A DNA stretch of 64,000 nt from a bacterium (GTDB lineage Bacteria > SZUA-182 > DTGQ01 > JBLIRR01), in assembly GCA_049472395.1 (NCBI GenBank), contig JBLIRR010000009.1, positions 59,710-123,709 of the forward strand. Direction: 5' to 3'. The notes under the pieces are model-generated. The model ran no database searches and was not told where the DNA came from. It worked only from the letters and a program-made list of their open reading frames with translations. A program made the position numbers and the translations under genes. How positions within the stretch are numbered: the first letter of the stretch is position 1; each line of letters begins with the position of its first letter. Below, in pieces: positions 29,357 to 39,344 of the stretch.

Positions 29357-29995
29357 TTACTCCATAGGCTTTGTTCCATAAGGTCGTATCCCATAGAGAG
29401 GAACAACACGAGGTGGTGTCACAGGTTCAGGGTCACTAATAGGATTTTTCCAGTCATCTATCTTTCTTGGAGGAGGCCCCGGATAGGAAGTATCGATAGG
29501 TTTTATTTGAGAAGGATGAATAGGAGTTATGATATCAGGATATTCAGTGAGGGGGATAGGTGTTGTTATTCCGTAATAGGTAACAACCGGATCAATCGGA
29601 TATAGTGATGAGGGGATATCAGGAATCTCAATGGGATTTACAGGAGAGGGAAAGACGCCATACAGGAGGACAGGCTGCTCTATCGGAGGAATAGGATTAC
29701 TCCAATCAGGAAATTCAATGACTTTCCATGGAGAAGGGTTTACTCCATAGAGCGGAAAAACAATGTCAATGGGATTCCAGGGATACGTGGGTTGTTTCCA
29801 AGAAGGGATTTCAATGGGCTGCCAAGGAGCAGGAACGCCATAATAAGCTACCACTCGACTGGTTGGATATTGAGGCGTATTACGGAAAGAGAAAGAAGAA
29901 GGGGAGCCCCACTGCCCGGCAAATTGACTTATTTCCCAGAACAAGGTTTGTGTATTTTTTCTGTTTTCCAGTTTTTCAAAAAATATATGCGCCAT
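29357..29995 (-). CDS. Leaderless P/W/Y-rich repetitive protein (degenerate repeats YG(V)xPSPWxxIE(I/F)PxW); last gene of the radical-SAM operon
   Basis: No signal peptide. Repeats YYGVPAPWQPIEIPSWKQ / LYGVNPSPWKVIEFPDWSN / LYGVFPSPVNPIEIPDIPS. Its start lies 7 bp from the stop of the upstream radical-SAM gene. Confidence 0.5.
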   Translation of the reverse strand: MAHIFFEKLENRKNTQTLFWEISQFAGQWGSPSSFSFRNTPQYPTSRVVAYYGVPAPWQPIEIPSWKQPTYPWNPIDIVFPLYGVNPSPWKVIEFPDWSNPIPPIEQPVLLYGVFPSPVNPIEIPDIPSSLYPIDPVVTYYGITTPIPLTEYPDIITPIHPSQIKPIDTSYPGPPPRKIDDWKNPISDPEPVTPPRVVPLYGIRPYGTKPME

Positions 29996-30001
29996 AAAGT
30001 T

Positions 30002-31111
30002 TCACCTCCTTTCATTGTGAGACTCTGCACGGTAAAGGCATAAAGGATTATTAAAGATTGAGCCACTATAACAGTATGCGGTAGACTTGCAGCCTCCCCT
30101 GCATACATAATTATATTCACAGCTGCTGCACTCTCCTTTCAGCATGCTGGTATCAAAATCGCGGTTATACGAGAAATTCCCCGGCTTATTCCAGATATAA
30201 GCGAGTGATTCCCTGCGGATATTCCCTTCAATGAATTCCGGGAGGGTGGGCATGGAAAGACACCCTTTAATGTCTCCGTTTGCTTCTATACCAAGGGCCT
30301 GTATCCCCGCAAAACACCCTGTAAAGAAGGGGAGATGTCGTTGCCGTGATACACTGCTTCGAAGCATTTCTTCATTCCGGCTAAAATAACCGATATTGTC
30401 AGCCACATCAACTTGTATTCGCCTATTGTTACGGACCTTGAGAATAAATTGTTCAATAGCAGGGAGGTCTTCCGGTTGTACCACAAAGTTCCGGTGTTCG
30501 CACAGATTCCCCCGTGGTACGCCAATTTGAAGCTGCCATATCTCTACTCCTTTATCACATGCAATATGGAAGAGCTCATCGAGTTCCATTATATTATCTT
30601 TGGTAATAGTCGTGACAACAGCTGAGGAGACCTCATTTTGGCGAAGCAGGGATAAGGCATTCATCACCCGCTCATATGATCCTGGCTTTCGCCGGATTTT
30701 TTCATGAGTGTCCTTGAGCCCGTCCAGACTAATAGCGACATTGGCGAGGTGTGCTTTTTTGATGCGGTCGACGAGCGCTTGGTCCATGAGGTAGCCATTT
30801 GAGATGGCATTTACCTTAACATTATAGCGATTAAGGCAAAGGGCGAGATCATCCCAGTCTTCCCGCAAGAACGGCTCTCCACCTAAGAGTGTCAGAAGCT
30901 CGCAGCCCATCTGTCCTAATTGATGACAGAAATCGAGGGCTTCTTCATGGTTCAGTTCTTCTCCTCGTCTCTCACCCGCTTCAGAACCACAGTGTGCACA
31001 ATTCATATTGCAGCGAAGGGTTAACTCCCACACCACACTGCGTGGATAATATTTTATCTTATCCAGGTAATACCTCGGATTTTCCTTCATGAGCTTCAGT
31101 ATATAACGCAT
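30002..31111 (-). CDS. Radical SAM enzyme with C-terminal SPASM domain
   Basis: CNMNCAHC (CxxxCxxC) within WELTLRCNMNCAHCGSE. SPASM cysteines GCFAG...GDIKGCLS...CSSCEYNYVCRGGCKS. Confidence 0.8.
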   Translation of the reverse strand: MRYILKLMKENPRYYLDKIKYYPRSVVWELTLRCNMNCAHCGSEAGERRGEELNHEEALDFCHQLGQMGCELLTLLGGEPFLREDWDDLALCLNRYNVKVNAISNGYLMDQALVDRIKKAHLANVAISLDGLKDTHEKIRRKPGSYERVMNALSLLRQNEVSSAVVTTITKDNIMELDELFHIACDKGVEIWQLQIGVPRGNLCEHRNFVVQPEDLPAIEQFILKVRNNRRIQVDVADNIGYFSRNEEMLRSSVSRQRHLPFFTGCFAGIQALGIEANGDIKGCLSMPTLPEFIEGNIRRESLAYIWNKPGNFSYNRDFDTSMLKGECSSCEYNYVCRGGCKSTAYCYSGSIFNNPLCLYRAESHNERR

Positions 31112-32942
31112 GTGATATCTCCTGATAAATTTGTTCAGCCTCTGGCAGGAAACAGGGATTTAATCCCTGAACCCTGAAAAGCCAACAGCCTCCCCTGCAT
31201 CGGGAAAGGTGTGAACAGCGTTTACATTCATCGGGTAGAGATGATGGAACCTTACCTCGAAAGTCAGCAAAACCTCTCGCCCAGATGTTTTTCAAAGAGG
31301 AGGTAAGAAAATTCCCTTCTTCTCGCCCTACACTCCCCGGAACAGCACAACCAGTCACATCTCCTTCTGAGTTTAAACAGAAGGTATTCCAGCCAGAGCC
31401 ACATGAAAATGGCTGAGCGCGCACAAGAGATTCCAGCGGGCCCAGATAACCGAAAGCCTCGCTAAGTTCAACCATAAATCCCCTCCGCCGGGCCTCGAGG
31501 ACAAATCGGAATGCCTGTTTAACCAGCTCAGGTGTATTTCTCTCTGGTGCTCCATTGCGATACAGAAGCGGCTGAAGCTGTAATCTTCGTGCTCCGCAAC
31601 GAAACACCTCTTCTGTGAGCTGTGAAAGTTCACGGATATTCTCTTCTAATAGAATAGTGGTGACACTGATAGAGGGAACGCCGACATCATGGAAAAATTC
31701 AATGGATCGAATTCCTCGCTCATACGCATTATTGCTTTTGCGAATCCGATCTTGTGCGTCTCTGTATCCATCGAGAGTAATTGCGACAGAATCGAAGTGT
31801 GCCTGCTCCAATGCGGCAAGATGATCCTCAGTTGCCTGCCCATTGGTTGTTAAGCCGACTTTTATCCCTTTCTGGTGGGCATAATGGGTGATATCAAATA
31901 TGTCCCGGCGAAGCAGAGGCTCGCCCCCGATAATAGAGAGAAACTCACACCCCAGGGAAGCAAGCTCATCTATTGCTTTGAGAACCTGACGTGTAGTTAA
32001 TTCTTTGGGATTGGCCTGCTTTGATGTAGTATCGCAATGACTGCAGTTGAATTGACACCTGTCCGTGCTTAACCATTGAACAAACTGCGGCATTTTCGAT
32101 TGGGCAGGGAAGTCCTGAAATGATGGCGCTTCTGTGTTCTGCCTGCTCGAGCCTTTTTCTTGCCTGCTATGCTCCGGGCCCTTCTTTTCAGGGCTGTAAT
32201 GCTTAAAGGCGCTCAGGAGGTCTAATGGAAAAGGAAAAACAATAGTAGAGCCTTTTTGAACAGACATATCTCTCATGGTTTGAAGGTAACGCAATTGTAA
32301 GCTCTGGGGATTATCACTAAGAATTTTGCCCGCTTTTACTAAAGTCTGGGCAGCCTGGTATTCCCCTTCCGCATCAATGATCCTTGCTCTTCTCTCTCGT
32401 TCAGTTTCAGCCTGTTTCGCCATAACACGTTTCATCTCTTCAGGCAGGGTTATTTCTTTTATCTCGACAATGGGGATACTGATTCCCCAATCACTGGTAT
32501 GATCACTTATCACCTGCTGCAGTTCCGTATTAATTTTTTCTTGCTGGCATAGCAAATCATCCAGATTCACCTGGCCAAGTATACTGCGCAACGTTGTCTG
32601 AGCGATAAGAAAGGTTGATTGGTAAATATTTTGAATCCTTATGATTGCCCGGGCTGGATCGGTAATTTGGAAATAGACCACCGCATCCACAGTGACCGGT
32701 ACATTGTCCCGTGTCATGATCTCTTGGCGAGGCACATCTATGGAGACGAGCCTGAGATCGACTTTTCTGACTCTATCAACGAGCGGGATGAGGAAGATTA
32801 ATCCGGGCCCCTTGCTGCTGTGCAATTTCCCGAGGCGAAACACGACTACCCGTTCATATTCTTTCAATATCTTGAATGTTGAGGTGAAAAGAGCGCCAGC
32901 AGCGATGATTAATAGAAGAATTTTTATAAGTCCAAGATACAT
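31059..32942 (-). CDS. Fusion protein: N-terminal SPFH/band-7 (stomatin/prohibitin-like) domain + radical SAM/SPASM domain
   Basis: N-terminal TM plus an SPFH signature (YERVVVFRLGKL...VSIDVPRQEIMTRDNVPVTVDAVVYFQITDP...AETERERRARII). Then WLSTDRCQFNCSHCD (CxxxCxxC) and SPASM-type C-terminal cysteines (CGSGWNTFCL...GCAV...CKRCSHLSRCRGGCW). Confidence 0.7.
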   Translation of the reverse strand: MYLGLIKILLLIIAAGALFTSTFKILKEYERVVVFRLGKLHSSKGPGLIFLIPLVDRVRKVDLRLVSIDVPRQEIMTRDNVPVTVDAVVYFQITDPARAIIRIQNIYQSTFLIAQTTLRSILGQVNLDDLLCQQEKINTELQQVISDHTSDWGISIPIVEIKEITLPEEMKRVMAKQAETERERRARIIDAEGEYQAAQTLVKAGKILSDNPQSLQLRYLQTMRDMSVQKGSTIVFPFPLDLLSAFKHYSPEKKGPEHSRQEKGSSRQNTEAPSFQDFPAQSKMPQFVQWLSTDRCQFNCSHCDTTSKQANPKELTTRQVLKAIDELASLGCEFLSIIGGEPLLRRDIFDITHYAHQKGIKVGLTTNGQATEDHLAALEQAHFDSVAITLDGYRDAQDRIRKSNNAYERGIRSIEFFHDVGVPSISVTTILLEENIRELSQLTEEVFRCGARRLQLQPLLYRNGAPERNTPELVKQAFRFVLEARRRGFMVELSEAFGYLGPLESLVRAQPFSCGSGWNTFCLNSEGDVTGCAVPGSVGREEGNFLTSSLKNIWARGFADFRGKVPSSLPDECKRCSHLSRCRGGCWLFRVQGLNPCFLPEAEQIYQEISHALYTEAHEGKSEVLPG

Positions 32943-32953
32943 AGATGTCTCCT

Positions 32954-33874
32954 TTATCTGAAAAATAGTGAGGGGATGAACTTACCCAAAAGATTTATTG
33001 CAAACCAGGCTAAACCGAGAAATGAAAAAAGAGAAAAGATTAAAGATAAAAGGCCATACATTGAAATCCAATTTATTTTGCCTTTTCGCAGCTCTTTGTT
33101 GCCCTTTTGCCCGAGATTGACGGTCTTGGAAATATCAGATAAGAGCCAGTATCCGTCGCCATGAACCAGCGGATTTAAAATAATACTCCAGCGAGTGTAC
33201 TGGAGAATTAAGAGGGGAGTTACATAATATTCAATGCGAGGGTATACTGCTACAAGGAATATAAGAATGCTATTAAAGGCGAGATCCATGAGCAGGCCCG
33301 ATGAATTAATCAATAATCGAATATTTTGCGGAAGGCACCATGCTTCCTGAGTATCAATGTATACTGCCGGGAAAATCCAGAGAAAGGTAAAACCAAGACG
33401 TGAAGGGAAATAAGGTCTTGATGCCATATAATGCCCCATTTCATGTGAAATTATCGGTAACGCGGAAATCAAGGCAATCAGGAGGCCTTCATACCACCGA
33501 TTAAGACGAAAAGTACGGGCAACATTTTGAAAATAGTAGAGTTGGATTAATCCTAAAAGGAGAGAGATGAAAATATATGGAGACAGATGGATGTCATCAA
33601 TCTGTCGTCCTCTGGTTATTTTGCCCTGCCTTAGGGGAACCACTGCCCCCTCTTTTTCCATGCTGGTTAAAAGCGAGCGGACTTCTTTGAGGCCAATTTT
33701 GTATTTTTTAACAAGATAGCTCACGGTGGCACCTGCATTTAATTCAAGCAGAAGGCGAAGTGTAAGCCAGTCAATATGATATAATCGTTTTCTGGGAGTA
33801 CGAATCCAGAGGGTCCCGTCATCCAACGGCCCGTATTCAAAACGAAAACAAAGGTGATACTTTTCTCTTTCCAT
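32954..33874 (-). CDS. Membrane M50-type zinc metalloprotease (HExxH) with N-terminal PqqD-like (RiPP-recognition-element-like) domain
   Basis: HEMGHYMASR in a multi-TM region. The N-terminal about 90 aa (LWIRTPRKRLYHIDWLTLRLLLELNAGATVSYLVKKYKIGLKEVRSLLTSMEKEGAVV) resembles PqqD/RRE domains by pattern. Confidence 0.55.
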   Translation of the reverse strand: MEREKYHLCFRFEYGPLDDGTLWIRTPRKRLYHIDWLTLRLLLELNAGATVSYLVKKYKIGLKEVRSLLTSMEKEGAVVPLRQGKITRGRQIDDIHLSPYIFISLLLGLIQLYYFQNVARTFRLNRWYEGLLIALISALPIISHEMGHYMASRPYFPSRLGFTFLWIFPAVYIDTQEAWCLPQNIRLLINSSGLLMDLAFNSILIFLVAVYPRIEYYVTPLLILQYTRWSIILNPLVHGDGYWLLSDISKTVNLGQKGNKELRKGKINWISMYGLLSLIFSLFSFLGLAWFAINLLGKFIPSLFFR

Positions 33875-34008
33875 TAATAATATCTAGATTAGTAGTTTAC
33901 TATAGTATAGAAAGTAGACATAATCTATTTCATTTTCTTTCACCTGCGAGTGTAATACATCTATTTTTTGATATGAATTATAGGGAGGTTTTTTAACAGC
34001 AGCAATTT

Positions 34009-35157
34009 CTACTTTTCAATCAATGCGAGAAAATGATCAACAAGAAAAGGATTGAAGGTGGTGCCTTTTTCTTCTTTGAGTATTTCTAATATTACCTCCC
34101 GGGGCTTCGGTCCTTGGTAGGGACGTTTGCTTCGCATGGCATCGAATACATCTGAGATGGAAATGATCTGACTTACAATATTCGGCTTCCAGTTTTCCCT
34201 GATTTTGGGGTAACCGGTTCCGTCAAATCTTATGTGATGCTCAAGGGCGCTAAGCACGGCAATCTTGGGAACTTCTTCAAGCCGTAATATATAGCGAGCG
34301 CCCTTAACCGTATGGGTCTCTATGATGGCTCTTTCCTCAGGGGTAAGCTTTCCCGGTTTGGTGATGATTTCATTGGGAATAAATAATTTCCCTGAATCAT
34401 GAAGGATTGAAGCGATCCCTATATTGTATAAATGATCCCCTTTAAAACCAAGAGATTGCGCCTGACTCATAGTTAATATACACACATTAATAACATGGGT
34501 AAAGGTATACTCATCAGATGATTTTAAGGATGCCAATATACGAAAGGGATTGATGCCTTGGGCAAATGCCTTGACAAATTCTTGGATCATATCATCGATA
34601 CCTTGGATTTCTATCTTTTTATAATTCTGTATGCGGTAATAAAGCTCTTTTAATTCGTCAAGCTTGCTGTCTCTCAGCATGATTAATTCCTGAATCTTCT
34701 CTTCCTCGTTTGATTCCGAGAGAGAATCTTTACCATGAGCCTTATTTTTATCAATCTTAAGTTCTACCTTGCCGATTTTAATAAACTTGCTGGCATGTAT
34801 GGAGCCGCTCTCAAGTGTTGAGAATTTCTGGATTAAATCTTGAAACTCTATTTTGGGGATACCTTCAATGAAGGTAAGTCTCTCGATCGAATTTTCTTTC
34901 AAGATACTGATGAATTTTTGTGTAGAGTGCTCGCTTGATGAAGAAAAGCAACTGTTGTTTACAATCAAATCATTATCAACCAAAAAAAAGGTTATCTCAG
35001 GGCTCAAATGGAGCAGGTCCGAAAGATCCGTATATGCATTCTCGAGAAAGCGCATTGTCTGTGGATGATTAAGTGAATAAAAGCGGGCATTGGCAATTGT
35101 TGAAGTAAACTTGATAATTACCTGTGATAAGGCTTTTTCATATGCTAAGTCCGGCAT
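34009..35157 (-). CDS. HD-GYP domain c-di-GMP phosphodiesterase-like protein with N-terminal domain of unknown function
   Basis: HD motif ILHDSGK. HHIRFDGTGYPK (GYP). Confidence 0.8.
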   Translation of the reverse strand: MPDLAYEKALSQVIIKFTSTIANARFYSLNHPQTMRFLENAYTDLSDLLHLSPEITFFLVDNDLIVNNSCFSSSSEHSTQKFISILKENSIERLTFIEGIPKIEFQDLIQKFSTLESGSIHASKFIKIGKVELKIDKNKAHGKDSLSESNEEEKIQELIMLRDSKLDELKELYYRIQNYKKIEIQGIDDMIQEFVKAFAQGINPFRILASLKSSDEYTFTHVINVCILTMSQAQSLGFKGDHLYNIGIASILHDSGKLFIPNEIITKPGKLTPEERAIIETHTVKGARYILRLEEVPKIAVLSALEHHIRFDGTGYPKIRENWKPNIVSQIISISDVFDAMRSKRPYQGPKPREVILEILKEEKGTTFNPFLVDHFLALIEK

Positions 35158-35247
35158 GCTGACCTTTTAATTGAATGTTACGTTGTTGATTCATGAACGG
35201 TCTTCTATTATATTATCGGCATAACTCACGGATATCTTCTGCTTTTT

Positions 35248-37482
35248 TTATTGTCTCGCCATAAGTTTTGTGCATGCCGCGCGGATTCTCTCATCATTTG
35301 ATTTTTTTCCAATAGCAAGGAGTGTGGTGAGCGTGTGTGGCGGATAGTGGTAAAGAGATTCAAACAGAACCGCTTTCATCTTTAAATGACTTTTTGGATG
35401 GATGGTAAAAAAAGACCGGGCAAGTTTTTCAAGGGCCGGTAGAGCACAAGGATCACCTATCTGTCCAAGTGCTTTGATAATTTTTTCATTTTTTATATAG
35501 TATTCTTCAAATAATATGAAGCGTTTTATTAGTGAGACAAGATCCATGGCAACATCTCTAATCCGATATTTTCCTGCCTGGAGAATCGCATGGTTATATT
35601 CGTCAGGATTATTCGACCGAATTGCATTGCGAAGCTGACGGATTCCCCATGGATCTTTAAAGGTGAGGAGCGTGATGAGGGCCTCAATGCGAATATTTTG
35701 GTCCCAATGTTTGCACAGGGGCATCAAATAGGGCGTAAGTTCCTTATTTCCCATTGTGCGAAGAAGAAACAGGATATTCTGCACAGATCCTACTTTACTA
35801 CTGTTAAGCATTGTTTTTGCGTGATCCACAGTTGCGTGGCCAAACCCTTGTAATATCTTAAAGATTATATCTCCTTCATCAATAAATTCCTGCGAAGCAT
35901 AGACTTGGAGGAGATAGGGAATCACCACTGGTCCGAGTGATATAATAAAATCATGCGCATCTTTGTTCTCCTCGTGTGACACTTTATTAAAGCATGTAAC
36001 CGCTTTTGACACTATCTGGGAATCCTTGAATCCTTCAAGAGCCTCCTGTGCCGCAGATCTGAGGGCCTGCCGTGGTTTCTCAGTGCTGTGCCTGGCGAGT
36101 GTAGCAAATAATTCCAAAAGGAAGGTGAATTCACCCATCTCAATGAGTGAGGGGAAAGTGCGCACGAGCTTTTTAGCAAACTCTCTATATTCATCATCTT
36201 GAATGTCCTCTTCCTCCATAAAGGTGATTAAGATACGGGCAAATCGCGCATCGATACAAGTATCTTCAAGGGTTTCAAGATACTCATCAATTGAAAATCC
36301 ATGACGGTCTTTGAATAATCCTTGTCTTGGCTCATTAGTCAGATATTTGATCAGGTTTTCATATTCTGAGATAACATATTTTTCATATTCTTCCTGTTTA
36401 AATAAATTCTGTAATTCCTCTGAGCGCTCTTCGGCAGCTCTTTCGGAAGGGAGTGGATCAGGGGTCTTTTTTGTAAGCCTGGTGTCAGTGTCATCCTTTG
36501 TTTGTGATAACTTTTGAACAAGTGCCATGAGAGAAGAAGATATTTCTTCACCCCTTTTATTGGCCTCTATGAGCATTTCAATAACAAGATCTTGAGATAA
36601 ATGATTCAGAAATGCCTCCCTCTGGTTCGCATTCTTAGCTGATGAGCAGTGTTTAAAGGTGGTTGCAAGAAACTGTTTTTTTAGTTCCGGTTTGAGTTGT
36701 TGCATAAGAGTATTGAGCTTTTCAAAAATCGGCGAGTTCCTCCGATCCATACGTTGTTTCATATCTGCTTCATGAAGGTGCCTGGTGATAATATTTTCAT
36801 AACTTTGGAGCGCAGCGTTTGTGTCAATTTTATACTCATTAATAAAGTATGCAAGTTGAGCGGGATTAATCTGCTTCAAATCCCTGAGAGATAATCCATC
36901 CTCTGATTCCGTGAGTGTATCTGTGAGGAGATGAGCGACAAAATCATGCCAGATTCCCGCCTCATTTTTAATGTCTGCTTTTTCCTTTATTATCTCTGCC
37001 TCTTCAGTAAGATGGAATTTACTGTAGTCGAGTAACTGGATTTTGATGTGAAGAAACCCTTTATCTTCAATAGCTTTCTCAATGCCGCCCATTGATTGCA
37101 GGTTTTCTCGCGTGCGTGAGATAAGGTTGAGGAAGAAGAAAAGTTCCTCTTTGTCAATACCTTGATAAAACGTGATCCCTGCAATGCCGTGCTCACTTAA
37201 AGCAGTTGCGAATTCTTTATACACAGGATTTTTTTTATCAAGATAGCCTGATCCTACAAGCAGTGTGTCCTTTGCAATGCCCAGGGTAATTTCAGGGGTG
37301 AGCTCAAATATTTTGATGAGGATCTCATGTGCTCGTTCGTTGCTCATTTTCACTTGAATATGATCAGCCGGGTAAATCAATACATTTTTTCGTGCAATAT
37401 TAAGTTCAATAAGAGCTTGTGCCAAATGCTTGGTATCGAGGGGCACCTCTTTTGAGACGTTGTGCTCATGTATATCGATCAT
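35248..37482 (-). CDS. Large cytoplasmic protein with C-terminal HEAT-like repeats, function unknown
   Basis: 744 aa with coding-like composition. C-terminal repeats of the HEAT/PBS-lyase type (…NIRIEALITLL…, …DPCALPALEKLA…). Upstream of HD-GYP in the same orientation. Confidence 0.45.
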   Translation of the reverse strand: MIDIHEHNVSKEVPLDTKHLAQALIELNIARKNVLIYPADHIQVKMSNERAHEILIKIFELTPEITLGIAKDTLLVGSGYLDKKNPVYKEFATALSEHGIAGITFYQGIDKEELFFFLNLISRTRENLQSMGGIEKAIEDKGFLHIKIQLLDYSKFHLTEEAEIIKEKADIKNEAGIWHDFVAHLLTDTLTESEDGLSLRDLKQINPAQLAYFINEYKIDTNAALQSYENIITRHLHEADMKQRMDRRNSPIFEKLNTLMQQLKPELKKQFLATTFKHCSSAKNANQREAFLNHLSQDLVIEMLIEANKRGEEISSSLMALVQKLSQTKDDTDTRLTKKTPDPLPSERAAEERSEELQNLFKQEEYEKYVISEYENLIKYLTNEPRQGLFKDRHGFSIDEYLETLEDTCIDARFARILITFMEEEDIQDDEYREFAKKLVRTFPSLIEMGEFTFLLELFATLARHSTEKPRQALRSAAQEALEGFKDSQIVSKAVTCFNKVSHEENKDAHDFIISLGPVVIPYLLQVYASQEFIDEGDIIFKILQGFGHATVDHAKTMLNSSKVGSVQNILFLLRTMGNKELTPYLMPLCKHWDQNIRIEALITLLTFKDPWGIRQLRNAIRSNNPDEYNHAILQAGKYRIRDVAMDLVSLIKRFILFEEYYIKNEKIIKALGQIGDPCALPALEKLARSFFTIHPKSHLKMKAVLFESLYHYPPHTLTTLLAIGKKSNDERIRAACTKLMARQ

Positions 37483-37601
37483 AATGTAATGATTTAATCT
37501 ATTTTTAAAAATTAGATATATATAAATATAGTATCGGTTAAAAATTGATTTTTCTTGATTTGCAAAGAATAAATGAATATGATATTCCGAAAGAATAGAA
37601 A

Positions 37602-39332
37602 GTGCTCATAAAAGAAAGGAGAGGGCTGATGAAAATAAAAGTCGTAAGTGTAATATGTGTAGTTGTATTATTACTCTCAATCCATCCATCCATCGCTCAG
37701 ACCATAGAGTATTTGGATGCGAAATCTCTGAAAGAAGTTATACATGTGAAGGCGAAGCCGGTCTCTGAAGGCACGTTGCGTGTCCCCTTGATTACATGGG
37801 GAGGTGATACCGCAACAATCCTTGCCTTGACAAGCGGGATTTTTAAGGAAGAGGGATTGAATGTTGAATTGTTTGCGGAAAATAATTTTCCAAAACAGAT
37901 TGAGGAATGTCTTTCTGGAAAATCACCTTACCTGCGCGGCACCATGGGTATGATTAATGCTGCATCTGAAGTATTTAACGAGCAAGGCAAAGACCTTACT
38001 GTCATTTACCAGATGACATGGTCGACGGGTGGTGATGCGATGGTCGTGCGCCCTCAAAAGAATCTCGCTAATATCCGCACCGTGGCCCTTCAGTTATATG
38101 GACCACATATGGATTATGCGGCCAATCTATTCAGAAATAATCGGCGGCTTTCCGAGGTAAAATTCAAATGGCTTAAGGAATTGTCACTCCCGACGTACAG
38201 TACGGATAAAATAGTTGATCCTGTCAGTGCTTTTGCTAGTCAAGCGTCGCTTGATGCGGTTATGTGTATTATTCCTGACGCGCTCGCACTCACTTCAGGA
38301 GGAAAGGAGGGCACCGGCGCTGCCGGATCGGTAAAGGGCGCCACAATATTGCTTTCAACCAAGACCGCGTCGCGCATTATTGCAGATGTCTATGCAGTGC
38401 GGAAAGATTATCTGGATACGAATCGAAAAAGCGTTGAGAAATTCGTTCATGCTCTTATGAGAGGTGAGGAGGCACTGAGAGACTTATTAAAAAATAAAAA
38501 AACAGAGCAGGCAAAATATCAGCAGCTCTTAACAAAGTCTGCAGAATTATTGCTTGATGCCCCCCAGGCTACTGCCGATGTGGAAGCGTTGCTTGCAGAT
38601 TGTGAATTTGTTGGGTATACGGGCAATCTAAGTTTTTTTACTGGTAAAGGGACAACTCGCACCCTCAATACGCTCACAGGTGAGATTCAATCTGCATTTA
38701 TTCAATTAAAGCTTTTAAATAAAGAAGTGCCGATTGCTTCGGCTGAATGGGACTATAATACAATGGCGGAAGGATTAAAATATGCCACAAGCATACCGGC
38801 CTCTAAGACAAAATTTGATAAAAAAAAGGTTGCGGCAAAAGTGGAGAAGCAAATAACTGTTGAGCCGACAACCTGGGCAGAAGAGGGGATGCTGTTTGAG
38901 GTTGAGATCAACTTCAAGCCGAACCAGAGTGATTTCACAGAAGCAGAATATGCAAAGGATTTTCAAAAAGCGATTCAGATTGCGCAAACCTATGGAGGCT
39001 CCCTTGTGGTGATTGAGGGACATTCTGATCCGCTTGGCATTCTAAAGGCTCGTCAGAAAGGACAATCTCAAGTGGAGCTTAGCATGATGGAGCAGCAAGC
39101 GCGAAACCTTTCACTGAAACGCGCAGATTCGGTGAGGAAAAGCTTCTTAAAGTTTTCAAACAACAAAGGATTGGTAATAGATGACTCCCAGTTTATAGCT
39201 GTGGGTATAGGCGTAAAATACCCAAAATTTAATCCGCCAAGGACAAAGGATGAATGGGCTGCAAACCGTCGAGTCGTCTTTCGAATAAAAGAAGTGGAGG
39301 CGGAACTCGAAGAATTCACTCCCTTAAACTAA
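37602..39332 (+). CDS. Periplasmic SsuA/NMT1-like substrate-binding-fold protein fused to C-terminal OmpA-like peptidoglycan-binding domain
   Basis: Signal peptide ...SIAQT. SBP-like pattern LRVPLITWGGDTATILALTSGIFKEEGLNVEL. OmpA-like GHSDPLG...LSLKRADSV...NRRVVF. Confidence 0.6.
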   Translation: MLIKERRGLMKIKVVSVICVVVLLLSIHPSIAQTIEYLDAKSLKEVIHVKAKPVSEGTLRVPLITWGGDTATILALTSGIFKEEGLNVELFAENNFPKQIEECLSGKSPYLRGTMGMINAASEVFNEQGKDLTVIYQMTWSTGGDAMVVRPQKNLANIRTVALQLYGPHMDYAANLFRNNRRLSEVKFKWLKELSLPTYSTDKIVDPVSAFASQASLDAVMCIIPDALALTSGGKEGTGAAGSVKGATILLSTKTASRIIADVYAVRKDYLDTNRKSVEKFVHALMRGEEALRDLLKNKKTEQAKYQQLLTKSAELLLDAPQATADVEALLADCEFVGYTGNLSFFTGKGTTRTLNTLTGEIQSAFIQLKLLNKEVPIASAEWDYNTMAEGLKYATSIPASKTKFDKKKVAAKVEKQITVEPTTWAEEGMLFEVEINFKPNQSDFTEAEYAKDFQKAIQIAQTYGGSLVVIEGHSDPLGILKARQKGQSQVELSMMEQQARNLSLKRADSVRKSFLKFSNNKGLVIDDSQFIAVGIGVKYPKFNPPRTKDEWAANRRVVFRIKEVEAELEEFTPLN

Positions 39333-39344
39333 GGAGGATTTTCG

